DNA from: Bryobacterales bacterium
GTDB lineage: Bacteria; Acidobacteriota; Terriglobia; Bryobacterales; UBA6623
Direction: 5' to 3'
NCBI GenBank assembly: GCA_963422375.2
Contig: CAXXKD010000001.1
Span: 416,001-480,000, forward strand
DNA: 64,000 bases
Of the stretch, positions 39,696 to 48,431 are shown one piece after another. The notes beneath the pieces were generated by a model. That model saw only the letters and a list, made by a program, of their open reading frames with translations. It was not told the origin of the DNA and did no database searches. Position 1 is the first letter of the stretch, and each line of letters starts with the position of its first letter. A program made the translations under genes and the position numbers.

Positions 39696-39863
39696 GTGCT
39701 AGATGTTATTGTCTTCGTCGGCTTCTTCTTGCTGATTCTTATCAGTGGCGTGTTTGCCACGAATGTCTATTGCAGGCTGGCCTACAACTGGTGCAGCGCC
39801 TGCGGCGGCATGAACGCCAAGCGTCGGAGCGAGTGCCGGAAATGTGGCACTGCAATCGAATGA
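39696..39863 (+). CDS. 55-aa membrane-anchored zinc-ribbon microprotein
   Basis: Below the ORF-track cutoff. GGAGAGG precedes GTG. Sequence: MLDVIVFVGFFLLILISGVFATNVYCRLAYNWCSACGGMNAKRRSECRKCGTAIE*. Confidence 0.7.
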   Translation: MLDVIVFVGFFLLILISGVFATNVYCRLAYNWCSACGGMNAKRRSECRKCGTAIE

Positions 39864-39891
39864 TTCGGGGGCCCGAGGCCTTTGTCCGCAA

Positions 39892-39912
39892 TCTCTAGTA
39901 GAATAGTAGAGA
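39892..39912 (+). promoter_or_regulatory. Putative Rrf2 operator overlapping a -10 box
   Basis: TCTCTA-N9-TAGAGA inverted repeat containing TAGAAT, 6 nt before the Rrf2 ATG. Confidence 0.5.
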
Positions 39913-39918
39913 ATCGCG

Positions 39919-40350
39919 ATGGAGATTTCAGTGAAGGGCGAGTACGCCCTGAGAGCGGTCTTCGAGCTATCCAGGCAGGGCGCGCCGGAGCCGGTCAAGA
40001 TCGCCCGAATCGCCGAGAGCCAGCGAATTCCGCAGAAGTTCTTAGAGATGATCCTTGCCCAGCTCAAGCAGGGCGGCTATCTCGGCTCCCGTCGGGGTGC
40101 CGACGGCGGGTACTTCCTCGCCCGTCCGGCCGACCAGATCACGGTAGGGGACATCCTTCGCCAGATCGACGGGCCCTTCCAGCCCAACAAGCGGCCGTTC
40201 GAGAACGAGCCGGCGGACTCCCCGTTCCCGGAAATGTGGGATCGCGTGGAGCGCGCGCTGTCTTGCGTCATTGATCGCACTACCTTCGCGGACCTGGTCG
40301 AGCGCTGGAAGCAGAAGCGCTCCAAGCGCGTGCTCACCTGGCAGATCTAG
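39919..40350 (+). CDS. Rrf2-family regulator (CymR-like, no Fe-S cysteine triad)
   Basis: [31 protein letters not shown]; lies directly upstream of cysK. Confidence 0.9.
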   Translation: MEISVKGEYALRAVFELSRQGAPEPVKIARIAESQRIPQKFLEMILAQLKQGGYLGSRRGADGGYFLARPADQITVGDILRQIDGPFQPNKRPFENEPADSPFPEMWDRVERALSCVIDRTTFADLVERWKQKRSKRVLTWQI

Positions 40351-40352
40351 CG

Positions 40353-41309
40353 ATGGCGCGCATTTTCGCGGACAATTCCCTGGCGATAGGTGGCACGCCG
40401 CTGGTTCGGCTGGGGCGGATCAGTGACGGAGCCAAGGCGACGGTCCTAGCCAAGGTCGAATCCCGCAACCCCGCCTATTCGGTGAAGTGCCGCATCGGGG
40501 CCTCGATGATCTGGGACGCCGAGCGGCGCGGCGTCCTGCGTCCCGGCATGGAACTTGTCGAGCCGACGAGCGGCAACACCGGAATCGCCCTGGCCTTCGT
40601 TGCGGCCGCCCGGGACTACAAGCTGACGATCGCCATGCCGTCGAACTACAGCGCCGAGCGGCGACGCGTGCTCAAGCTGCTCGGAGCGGATCTCGAACTG
40701 ACGCCCGAGGAAGACGGCATGTACGGCGCGGTGGAACGCGCGCGGGAACTCGTGGAGGAGCATCCCGGACGCTTCGTGATGCTCCAGCAGTTCCAGAACC
40801 CCGCCAATCCCCGCATCCACTTCGAGACGACCGGACCCGAGATCTGGGACGATACCGACGGGGCGGTTGACGTGCTCGTCTCGGGAATCGGCACCGGCGG
40901 GACCATCAGCGGCATCGCTAGGTACTTCAGGGAGAAGCATGCGAAGCGGGTTCTCTGCGTCGGCGTCGAACCCGAATGCAGCCCCGTGATACAGCAGCAT
41001 CTGGCCGGGAAGGAGCTTCGGCCCGGCATAACTGCCATCCAGGGCATCGGAGCGGGTTTCATCCCCGACACCCTCGACTTGGACGTCGTGGACCGGATCG
41101 AGAGTGTCTCGGACGAGGCGGCGATCGAGTGCGCCCGGCGCCTCGCCCGCGAGGAGGGACTCCTCAGCGGCATTTCGTGCGGCGCGGCCACCGCCGTCGC
41201 CTGCAGGCTCGCGCGGGACCCCGAATTCGAGGGGAAGACGATCGTCGCGATCCTGCCCGACGCGGGCGAGCGCTACCTCAGTAGCCAGCTGTTCAGCGGC
41301 ATCGGCTGA
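40353..41309 (+). CDS. cysK: Cysteine synthase A
   Basis: [38 protein letters not shown]. Confidence 0.95.
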   Translation: MARIFADNSLAIGGTPLVRLGRISDGAKATVLAKVESRNPAYSVKCRIGASMIWDAERRGVLRPGMELVEPTSGNTGIALAFVAAARDYKLTIAMPSNYSAERRRVLKLLGADLELTPEEDGMYGAVERARELVEEHPGRFVMLQQFQNPANPRIHFETTGPEIWDDTDGAVDVLVSGIGTGGTISGIARYFREKHAKRVLCVGVEPECSPVIQQHLAGKELRPGITAIQGIGAGFIPDTLDLDVVDRIESVSDEAAIECARRLAREEGLLSGISCGAATAVACRLARDPEFEGKTIVAILPDAGERYLSSQLFSGIG

Positions 41310-41339
41310 AGCCTGCCGCGCCTTACCATAGGTCCTCGC

Positions 41340-42227
41340 ATGGACTTGGTCCAGATCGAGGCGTCGCAGCGCCTCCCGCCGTGGCTGCGCAAGCCCGGCA
41401 CGAACTTCCAGGCGTTGCACGACCTCAAGGTCGAACTCCGCGAGCGCGGGTTGCACACCGTCTGCGAATCGGCCCGCTGTCCCAACATCCACGAGTGCTT
41501 CTCGCGCAAGGCCGCCACCTTCATGATTCTCGGCAACACCTGCACGCGCACGTGCGGCTTCTGCGCCGTGCCCCAGGGAGTGCCCGGCGGGCTGTCGCCG
41601 GACGAGCCGCGGCAGGTTGCGGCCATGGCGCGACGCATGGGACTCCGGCACGTTGTCATCACGAGCGTGAACCGGGACGATCTGCCGGACGGCGGGTCGG
41701 CGCATTTCGCGGCCACGGTACGCGCGGTCCGGCGCGCTCTGCCCGGGGCCCGGGTCGAGGCGCTCGTGCCTGACTTTCTCGGTGACACGGAAGCGGTGGC
41801 GCGGGTGCTGGATGCGGGCTGCGACGTGTTCAACCACAACATGGAGACGGTCCGCCGCCTGTATCGGCGCGTCCGACCTCAAGCCGCGTACGAGCGGTCC
41901 CTCGCAGTGCTTCGCTTCGCTCGGCGGAAGGCCTCTGGAGTCCTGACCAAGTCCGGCTTCATGGTCGGTCTCGGCGAGACACCGGACGAGGTGCGTTCCC
42001 TGCTGCGCGACCTGCGGGACGCCGGGACGGACGTCGCTACGATCGGACAGTACTTGCAGCCGAGGAAGCGGCGCCTGCGAGTCGTCGAGTACGTCGCGCC
42101 CGGGGTGTTCGACGAGTACCGCGCGTACGGGGAGTCGATCGGGTTCCGAGCGGTCTTCAGCGGGCCGCTCGTCCGCAGCTCGTACATGGCCGAGTCGGTC
42201 GAGGTGCAGGCCCTAGGCCGGCCATGA
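41340..42227 (+). CDS. lipA: Lipoyl synthase
   Basis: CESARCPNIHEC, CTRTCGFC, RSSY. Confidence 0.96.
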   Translation: MDLVQIEASQRLPPWLRKPGTNFQALHDLKVELRERGLHTVCESARCPNIHECFSRKAATFMILGNTCTRTCGFCAVPQGVPGGLSPDEPRQVAAMARRMGLRHVVITSVNRDDLPDGGSAHFAATVRAVRRALPGARVEALVPDFLGDTEAVARVLDAGCDVFNHNMETVRRLYRRVRPQAAYERSLAVLRFARRKASGVLTKSGFMVGLGETPDEVRSLLRDLRDAGTDVATIGQYLQPRKRRLRVVEYVAPGVFDEYRAYGESIGFRAVFSGPLVRSSYMAESVEVQALGRP

Positions 42228-43744
42228 GTCCTTCATCTCGGTCCCGCGCGACGGCCGCTTGGGCGGTTTCGGCGGCGGCCCTGTCCGGCCTTGCCCAAGT
42301 CCTCGTCTTCCCCCGATTCTCGTGGGACTGGCTTGCCCCCGTCTGTCTCGTGCCGCTACTGCTCGTCGTCCGCGGGCAGCCGCCGAGCCGGCGCTTCGCG
42401 CTCGGATGGCTCTCCGGTGCCGTGTTCTGGGGAGGTGCCTGTTACTGGATTTACCCGGTGATGCGCGACTACGCCTCCATCGACCCGCCCGTGGCGGCGC
42501 TGCTGTTCGTCGCGTTTTTCGCGGTCAAGGCCTTTCACGCCGGAGCGTTCGCCTTGGTGGCGGGGCGTGTCTTGCTGAGGCGTTGGGCCGTGCCCGGCCT
42601 AGCCGTGCTGTGGGTCGCGATAGAAGGCAGCCACCAGTACATCTTCTTCACATGGACGCAGCTCGGCAACGCGTCCCTGGATTTCTGGGTGCCGCAAGTC
42701 CTGCGTCTCGCCCCTTGGACCGGAATCTACGGCCCCTCGCTGGTATTCGCGCTGGCGAACGCGGGCATCGCGACGGCCCTGCTGCGACGGTCGGCCCGGC
42801 CGCTCGCCGCTCTCGCTCCCCTGCTGGGCCTGTTCCTGATTCCGCCTCTGCCGCCTTCCGGCAGCGGATCCGAGACGGCGCGCCTGGTGCAGCCGAACGT
42901 TCACCCGGATCTCCTGCGGACGAACTGGCTCGCCGAGGAAGGGACGGCGCACCTGGCCCGCATGCTGGCGATGTCGGCGGCTCCGGCGCGGGGCGACAGT
43001 CCGATTCTGCTGGTTTGGCCCGAGTATCCCGTGCCTGCTTATTACTACGACGATGCGGCGTCGCGCGCGTTTCTCGAGCGCGTGGCCCGCGAGGCCGGGG
43101 CCGCCTTCATCTTCAACACGATCAGCTTCGAGGGAGGCGACCGGGCCCGCCCGCGCAATTCCTCGGTCACGCTGGACAGCTCGGGCGGCCGCCTGTCCGG
43201 CTACTCCAAGATCCACTTGGTTCCATTTGGCGAGTTCGTCCCCTGGCCGTTTCACTACTTCGTCGAGAAGGTGACCCGGCAGGCCGGGATGTTCCGCCCG
43301 GGGGACGCGGTTTCTGTCGCAACGCTGAATGGAAGGGGCATCGGCACGTTCATCTGCTACGAATCGGTTTTCGCCCGCTCCATCCGCAAATTCACGGCGG
43401 GCGGGGCCGAGCTGCTGGTGAACATCTCCAATGACAGCTGGTACGGTCGGAGCGCCGCGCGCGAGCAGCACCTCTTGGTGGCCCGCATGCGCGCGGTCGA
43501 GAACGGGCGCTGGATTCTGCGCGCTACCAACGACGGCGTGACCTCGGCCATCGGGCCGTCCGGGCGGGTCGAGGCGTCCCTGCCGTCGTACGAGCAGGCC
43601 GCGCTGGATGTCCGCTTCGACTATCGGTCGCAGCGCACCGGGTACGTGCGGTTCGGGGAATGGCTGTGGTGGCTGTGCTTGGCCGGGCTCGCCGGCGTAC
43701 TCGCCGTCGAGGCCCGCCTGGGTGCGCCGCCTGGTCTGCGATAA
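42224..43744 (+). CDS. lnt: Apolipoprotein N-acyltransferase
   Basis: Multiple TM helices, VQPN, WPE, KIHLVPFGEFVP, ICYE, NDSW. Confidence 0.95.
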   Translation: MSPSSRSRATAAWAVSAAALSGLAQVLVFPRFSWDWLAPVCLVPLLLVVRGQPPSRRFALGWLSGAVFWGGACYWIYPVMRDYASIDPPVAALLFVAFFAVKAFHAGAFALVAGRVLLRRWAVPGLAVLWVAIEGSHQYIFFTWTQLGNASLDFWVPQVLRLAPWTGIYGPSLVFALANAGIATALLRRSARPLAALAPLLGLFLIPPLPPSGSGSETARLVQPNVHPDLLRTNWLAEEGTAHLARMLAMSAAPARGDSPILLVWPEYPVPAYYYDDAASRAFLERVAREAGAAFIFNTISFEGGDRARPRNSSVTLDSSGGRLSGYSKIHLVPFGEFVPWPFHYFVEKVTRQAGMFRPGDAVSVATLNGRGIGTFICYESVFARSIRKFTAGGAELLVNISNDSWYGRSAAREQHLLVARMRAVENGRWILRATNDGVTSAIGPSGRVEASLPSYEQAALDVRFDYRSQRTGYVRFGEWLWWLCLAGLAGVLAVEARLGAPPGLR

Positions 43745-43766
43745 TGCGATCAGACCGACGTGAATT

Positions 43767-44886
43767 ATGATCCTGGACGAACTGCAGCGAGAGTTCGAGA
43801 CCGTGCGCGCGCGCGCTCACATGGTCCGGGGGTATCTTTGACGCCTCCGCCGGCAGGCGGCACTTGGCGGAGATCGAGAAACGCATAGCGGAGCCTGCCT
43901 TCTGGAGCGACGGGGCCGGAAGCCAAGCGCTGTTACGAGAGCGCAAGCGGCTGGCACGCCTGATCGACACCGACGAGGAAATCGCCGTCGCCGTCGCCGA
44001 CCTGGGAGCCTACTTGGAACTGGCAGCGGAAGGCGAGCCGGTCGAGGACGAGTGCGCCGCAGCTCTGGAAGAACTGGACCTGCGCTTGGAGCAGGTCGAG
44101 ACCCAGGCCCTGCTCGGGGGCGAGCACGACCGGGCCAATGCAATCATGACCCTGAACGCCGGTGCTGGCGGCACGGAGGCGCAGGACTGGGCCGAGATGC
44201 TGCAGCGCATGTACCTGCGCTGGGCGGAGCGCAAGGGATTCAAGGGTGAGATCTCTGACATGCAGCCCGGGGACGAGGCCGGCATCAAGTCGTCCTCGAT
44301 CATCATCCGCGGCGAGAACGCCTACGGCCTGATGCGCTCGGAGACCGGCGTGCATCGACTGGTGAGGATCTCGCCGTTCGACTCCAACGCACGGCGCCAC
44401 ACCTCGTTCGCCTCGGTGTTCGTGTATCCGGAGATCGAGGACGAGATCGAAGTCGACATCCGGCCGGACGATCTGCGCATCGACACCTACCGAGCGAGCG
44501 GCGCCGGCGGCCAGCACGTCAACATGACTGATTCCGCAGTCCGCATCACGCACCTGCCGACGAACATCGTGGTGCAGTGCCAGAACGAGCGTTCGCAGCA
44601 CAAGAACAAGGCGACGGCGATGAGGATGCTGCGGGCCCGACTGTACGATTTCGAATTACGCAAGAAGCGGTCCGAAGCGGACAAGATCGAGGCATCCAAG
44701 CTGGATATCGATTTCGGCAGCCAGATCCGAAACTATGTCCTAGCGCCGTACCGGCTGGTCAAGGACCTGCGCAGCCTCCTCGAGGTTGGCGACGTGGACC
44801 GCGTGCTCGACGGTGACTTGGACCGGTTCATGCACGCCTTCTTGGTTCACGAGAAGACGGGGCGTCAGGGAGCCGAGCTGGCATGA
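43767..44886 (+). CDS. prfB: Peptide chain release factor 2 with programmed +1 frameshift
   Basis: 24-codon first ORF ends ...GGG TAT CTT TGA C (43836-43842); the +1 frame carries SPF and GGQ. Confidence 0.96.
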
Positions 44887-45139
44887 CCTTGGGATGCTGG
44901 CACGGTGGCCCGGTTCAGCGCTACCCGTCGGATGCTGGCCGACAGTCTTTTCGAGACTCCGTGCGACCTCCGAAGGGAGGGATGAGGCGAAGATCTTTCC
45001 AAGTGCCGGCCTGCATGGAATGCGCGTCGGCTGGCCCGGAACGAACCCGTCGGACCGCCCGTTGCGGGACGACTCGAGCGTCCCAAGCGATTCGGTCATC
45101 CGAGCCCCCCATCCGATAGAGTGCAGTAAAGGTGCTAGC

Positions 45140-45541
45140 GTGCGCAGACACAAGTTGCGGCACCGTCCTCGAATCGGCAAGGCGCGGAGTGTCGAGCCAC
45201 CGCCTGCTGGTGTCGACCTGCGACATCTGGCGGGATTGTGCCGTTACGTCGGGAGTCCGTACCACAAGGATATCCCTTGGTTTGGTGGAGCGCCTACTGC
45301 CCCGAGGCCTCACGCCAGCATCTGCCCGCGAGAGTTGGCTCGAAAGCAGGCTCTCGTCGAAGGCTGGCTCCGGGATGCCATCCGGGCCGGCCAAGTCGGA
45401 GGGTGGGATCACGGCTTTCCTCGATACGTTTGGTACCGGGACGAAGGCACGGTGTACGAGGCTCGGCAGGGATCTCCAAGCTCAGGCGCGTATCACGGAT
45501 ATCCTCTTGAAGAGCGCGAGTACCCTCGAGGATTGAAATGA
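45140..45541 (+). CDS. Hypothetical 133-aa toxin-like protein (YVGSPYHK ... FPRYVW ... YEAR ... YHGYP)
   Basis: AAAGGT precedes GTG 45140; ATGA overlap with the next gene. Function is inferred only. Confidence 0.65.
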   Translation: MRRHKLRHRPRIGKARSVEPPPAGVDLRHLAGLCRYVGSPYHKDIPWFGGAPTAPRPHASICPRELARKQALVEGWLRDAIRAGQVGGWDHGFPRYVWYRDEGTVYEARQGSPSSGAYHGYPLEEREYPRGLK

Positions 45542-46830
45542 GCGTCCAGTTTGAGTTCGAGTGGGTTGATGCGGGACCGTCGCCGGATTCTGCTTCACGT
45601 GACTCAATGGCTCGGCTCTCAATCCGAGCAGGCGACTCGAATGTCACGCTGGTCCGCGACCGGCGAACCAACTCGTACATTGATCACGTAATTGTTCCCC
45701 TCATCTATGTGGCCGAATGGATTGCGACTAACTGGTGGCATATTTGGTACGAGACTGCCGACTTGTCCAACCAAGGACTTGACTTCGAGTCGCGACACAA
45801 CCTTGCATATGTCGGAAACGGGTTTTGTCTGCCAAACATCACGATGATTTCGGTGACAGAAGAACGAGTCAATCTTCGTTGGAAAAAGGAGAAGCCGCAA
45901 TACTCCCAAATCGAGTTTGTGGATCAAGGCGACGTAACGATAGATCGTTCGGAATTGGATGCGACACTTCGAAGGGTCGTGGACGCTGTTCTTGAAAGGT
46001 TCCGGACCTCTTCTAACGCTGAATTAGTGGTAAAGTGGCTGCAGGAAAGATGGTCTCTGATCAATTCTATTGACGTAGATGAGCGGGAGTTCTGCCGGGC
46101 TGTCGCGTTGACAGGGCGTGACCCCTTTGACGTTCCAGATCCGCTTGCCGACGAAATTGTTGAGTTCTGGAAACGCACGGACCCCTCCTTGCGTCAAGAT
46201 GCCTTGGCCTGTGTCAGGGACGGTTCACTTTCAGACATGCGTCAGTGGCTGGACGAGTCTCTCGCCACTCTCTCAGCGATAGATGGCGGGAAAGATTGGT
46301 CCGAGGTCCGTGCACGTGCATCCCTGTCTCCGATGCCGTCAGGCGAGCCGTGGATGCAGGGATACGACCGCGCACGTTCGATACGGTCACTCATTGGCAA
46401 TAGCAGTGACCGGTTTGACTTTCCGGCCTGTGGACCGCTGGCTTTGGGCCACGGTGATACTATGTCGCCATTCAGACGTATTCAAGGGCTGGTTGCGTCA
46501 GATGCTCCGAGCTGCATTACTGTGAATCGACACGAAGCGGGTTGCCGGTTCTTGCGGGCGAGGGCACTTGGAGACTACATGATCCGGTCAAACGAATGCC
46601 CCGGAGTCCTCTGTTCTCTTGACACCGAGCAACAGGGACGGACTCGGGCATTTGCTGCGGAGTTTCTCGCACCTTCGGAGTCTTTGCGTGTCCGCTTGGC
46701 GGGTACTTCAGTCGATGGCAACGAGATTGACAACCTAGCCCTTGAATTTGGTGTTTCCAGTCAATTGATCATTCATCAGCTCGAAAACCACGGCCTAGTG
46801 TCGTCCCGGAATCCCTATGCTCTCGTTTAG
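45538..46830 (+). CDS. Protein with C-terminal ImmA/IrrE-like domain lacking HExxH
   Basis: RFLRARALGDY ... RAFAAEFLAP ... LALEFGVS...I.HQLENH matches the IrrE_N/Peptidase_M78 pattern. Clearly lower GC than the flanks. Confidence 0.75.
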   Translation: MSVQFEFEWVDAGPSPDSASRDSMARLSIRAGDSNVTLVRDRRTNSYIDHVIVPLIYVAEWIATNWWHIWYETADLSNQGLDFESRHNLAYVGNGFCLPNITMISVTEERVNLRWKKEKPQYSQIEFVDQGDVTIDRSELDATLRRVVDAVLERFRTSSNAELVVKWLQERWSLINSIDVDEREFCRAVALTGRDPFDVPDPLADEIVEFWKRTDPSLRQDALACVRDGSLSDMRQWLDESLATLSAIDGGKDWSEVRARASLSPMPSGEPWMQGYDRARSIRSLIGNSSDRFDFPACGPLALGHGDTMSPFRRIQGLVASDAPSCITVNRHEAGCRFLRARALGDYMIRSNECPGVLCSLDTEQQGRTRAFAAEFLAPSESLRVRLAGTSVDGNEIDNLALEFGVSSQLIIHQLENHGLVSSRNPYALV

Positions 46831-47082
46831 TGTCCCACTGCTTGTGTCCTTCACCGCAGTCTAGCCGCCCATTACTGCGACTTGGTTGAGGCGAAGTGCC
46901 TTCGACTGATTACTAGCGGTCCGCTTCGGTGATCGCCCAATTTCGCATCCTGACCAACCCTCGAATGTGCTAGCCGGCATTGGTCTCGCCGAGCTCCCAG
47001 AGTCTCAGAATGCCGGTCTTCAGATGCTGGCGCAGCGGACCGCAGGTGACGACTGCGAGGTTGGGGGCTGACTCAGCCCTCG

Positions 47083-47760
47083 TCAGGGCAGCGTGGCCGA
47101 AGCAGTCCCTTCTGAACCGGGTTCCCGCGCCGAGGCAGGATCCTGCGACTGGCAGGCGTCGACGGGAGGCGGGGCTGGCTGCCCGGGCTCGTCGCGAGAG
47201 TCGGGCAGGAATTCGGTCGCAAGCAGGGCTAGCGGCAGCACGAGGAGGGCCATGGCAACGCCGAAAACCCGACGCATGGAGTTCATATCAGTCCGAAGCG
47301 ACCTTATCGCTTCCAGTAGCAGCTCGTGCCGGGAGTCCGAAGCCTTGTCCCTCTCGTCGATCCGGTTCGCCAGCGCCGAAACCATGGTTCGCATCTTCGT
47401 CTCCAGTGCCTCGATCCCGGTCGATGTCTCCGACCGCAGAGACGTGATCATTCCTTCAAGCCGATCGTGGCGAGCGGACCACGCCTTCTGGCGTGCGTCA
47501 AGGGGCCTGCGGGTCTCGGCGTGGCCCGCTTCAATCGTGTTCTCGATCTCCGTCCGGAACGAATCGAGGCTCTGCTGGATCCGGGCATGCAATTCGGCTT
47601 GGACATGGTGTTGACGCTCGCTGGCAACGGCAGCCACCAGAATGCGCAGGGTATCCATGTCGAGGACTGGGACGGCTTGGTTCGCGATCCGTCCGTGGTC
47701 CCGCTCCGAGACCCGCGCCGCTTGCTTTGCGACCTTGGCGGACTTCGGTGTTTCGGTCAT
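47083..47760 (-). CDS. Hypothetical coiled-coil protein with C-terminal TM helix
   Basis: GGAG RBS, heptad-rich helical sequence, hydrophobic VFGVAMALLVLPLALLA. Confidence 0.65.
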   Translation of the reverse strand: MTETPKSAKVAKQAARVSERDHGRIANQAVPVLDMDTLRILVAAVASERQHHVQAELHARIQQSLDSFRTEIENTIEAGHAETRRPLDARQKAWSARHDRLEGMITSLRSETSTGIEALETKMRTMVSALANRIDERDKASDSRHELLLEAIRSLRTDMNSMRRVFGVAMALLVLPLALLATEFLPDSRDEPGQPAPPPVDACQSQDPASAREPGSEGTASATLP

Positions 47761-48431
47761 AGCTATCTCCAGCCTCCAGCTGGCGACGGAGGGCCGGTCG
47801 CTGGGACCCTATTCAGCCCTCCGCCGAGCCCCCAATTCCGGAATCGCGATCCGTCCGGAGCCCTCGTGCAGCCGGGGGCCGCACGGGCGGCTTGCACCTA
47901 CCTCGGCCGACGGCAGCCAGGCACCGTCCAACCAGAAGAGCTCCCGCGTCGACCCCGGAGCGGCGACACGCAATCCTAGCAGCCGCGGTTGCGCCGGGAC
48001 TTCGAACTCGTTGGCAAACAAGGAGCTTCAGGGATTGTTGGTGCCATCGGTCTCGCGACGTTCGTGGACTACGCTTTGTGACCCGACCGGGGCGACGGAG
48101 TCCTGCTTGCGACTGTCGAGGCCCCAAGCCGTGGTGTGCGACCGGCTAGGAGATGGGGCACGAATAGGACCGAGGGCTTGGGGCGACCGTCGAGCTTGAT
48201 GGCACTCCAAGATGACGCAAGTCTATGGCAAGCTACCGTTCCAGCGACAAGGGTTCAACGGCTCCTCCTCCGGTCTCAGTCGACTTGGGATCGGTCGCCG
48301 GTCATGGCCTACGCTGTCCGACGAGCGGGAAACCGCGGACGGCGGGAGGCCGCCGGCGTTCGCGCCTCCGGCGCGGCGGCTTCGCCTAGCGCAAGCTTGC
48401 CATCACGGCACCGTCGGTATCTAATGGACTC

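Noticed and set aside
44900..45060. Short direct repeat TGGCCCGG...ACCCGTCGGA as an att site
   Set aside because: Too short and imperfect, with no matching copy seen at the other side of the insert and no integrase.
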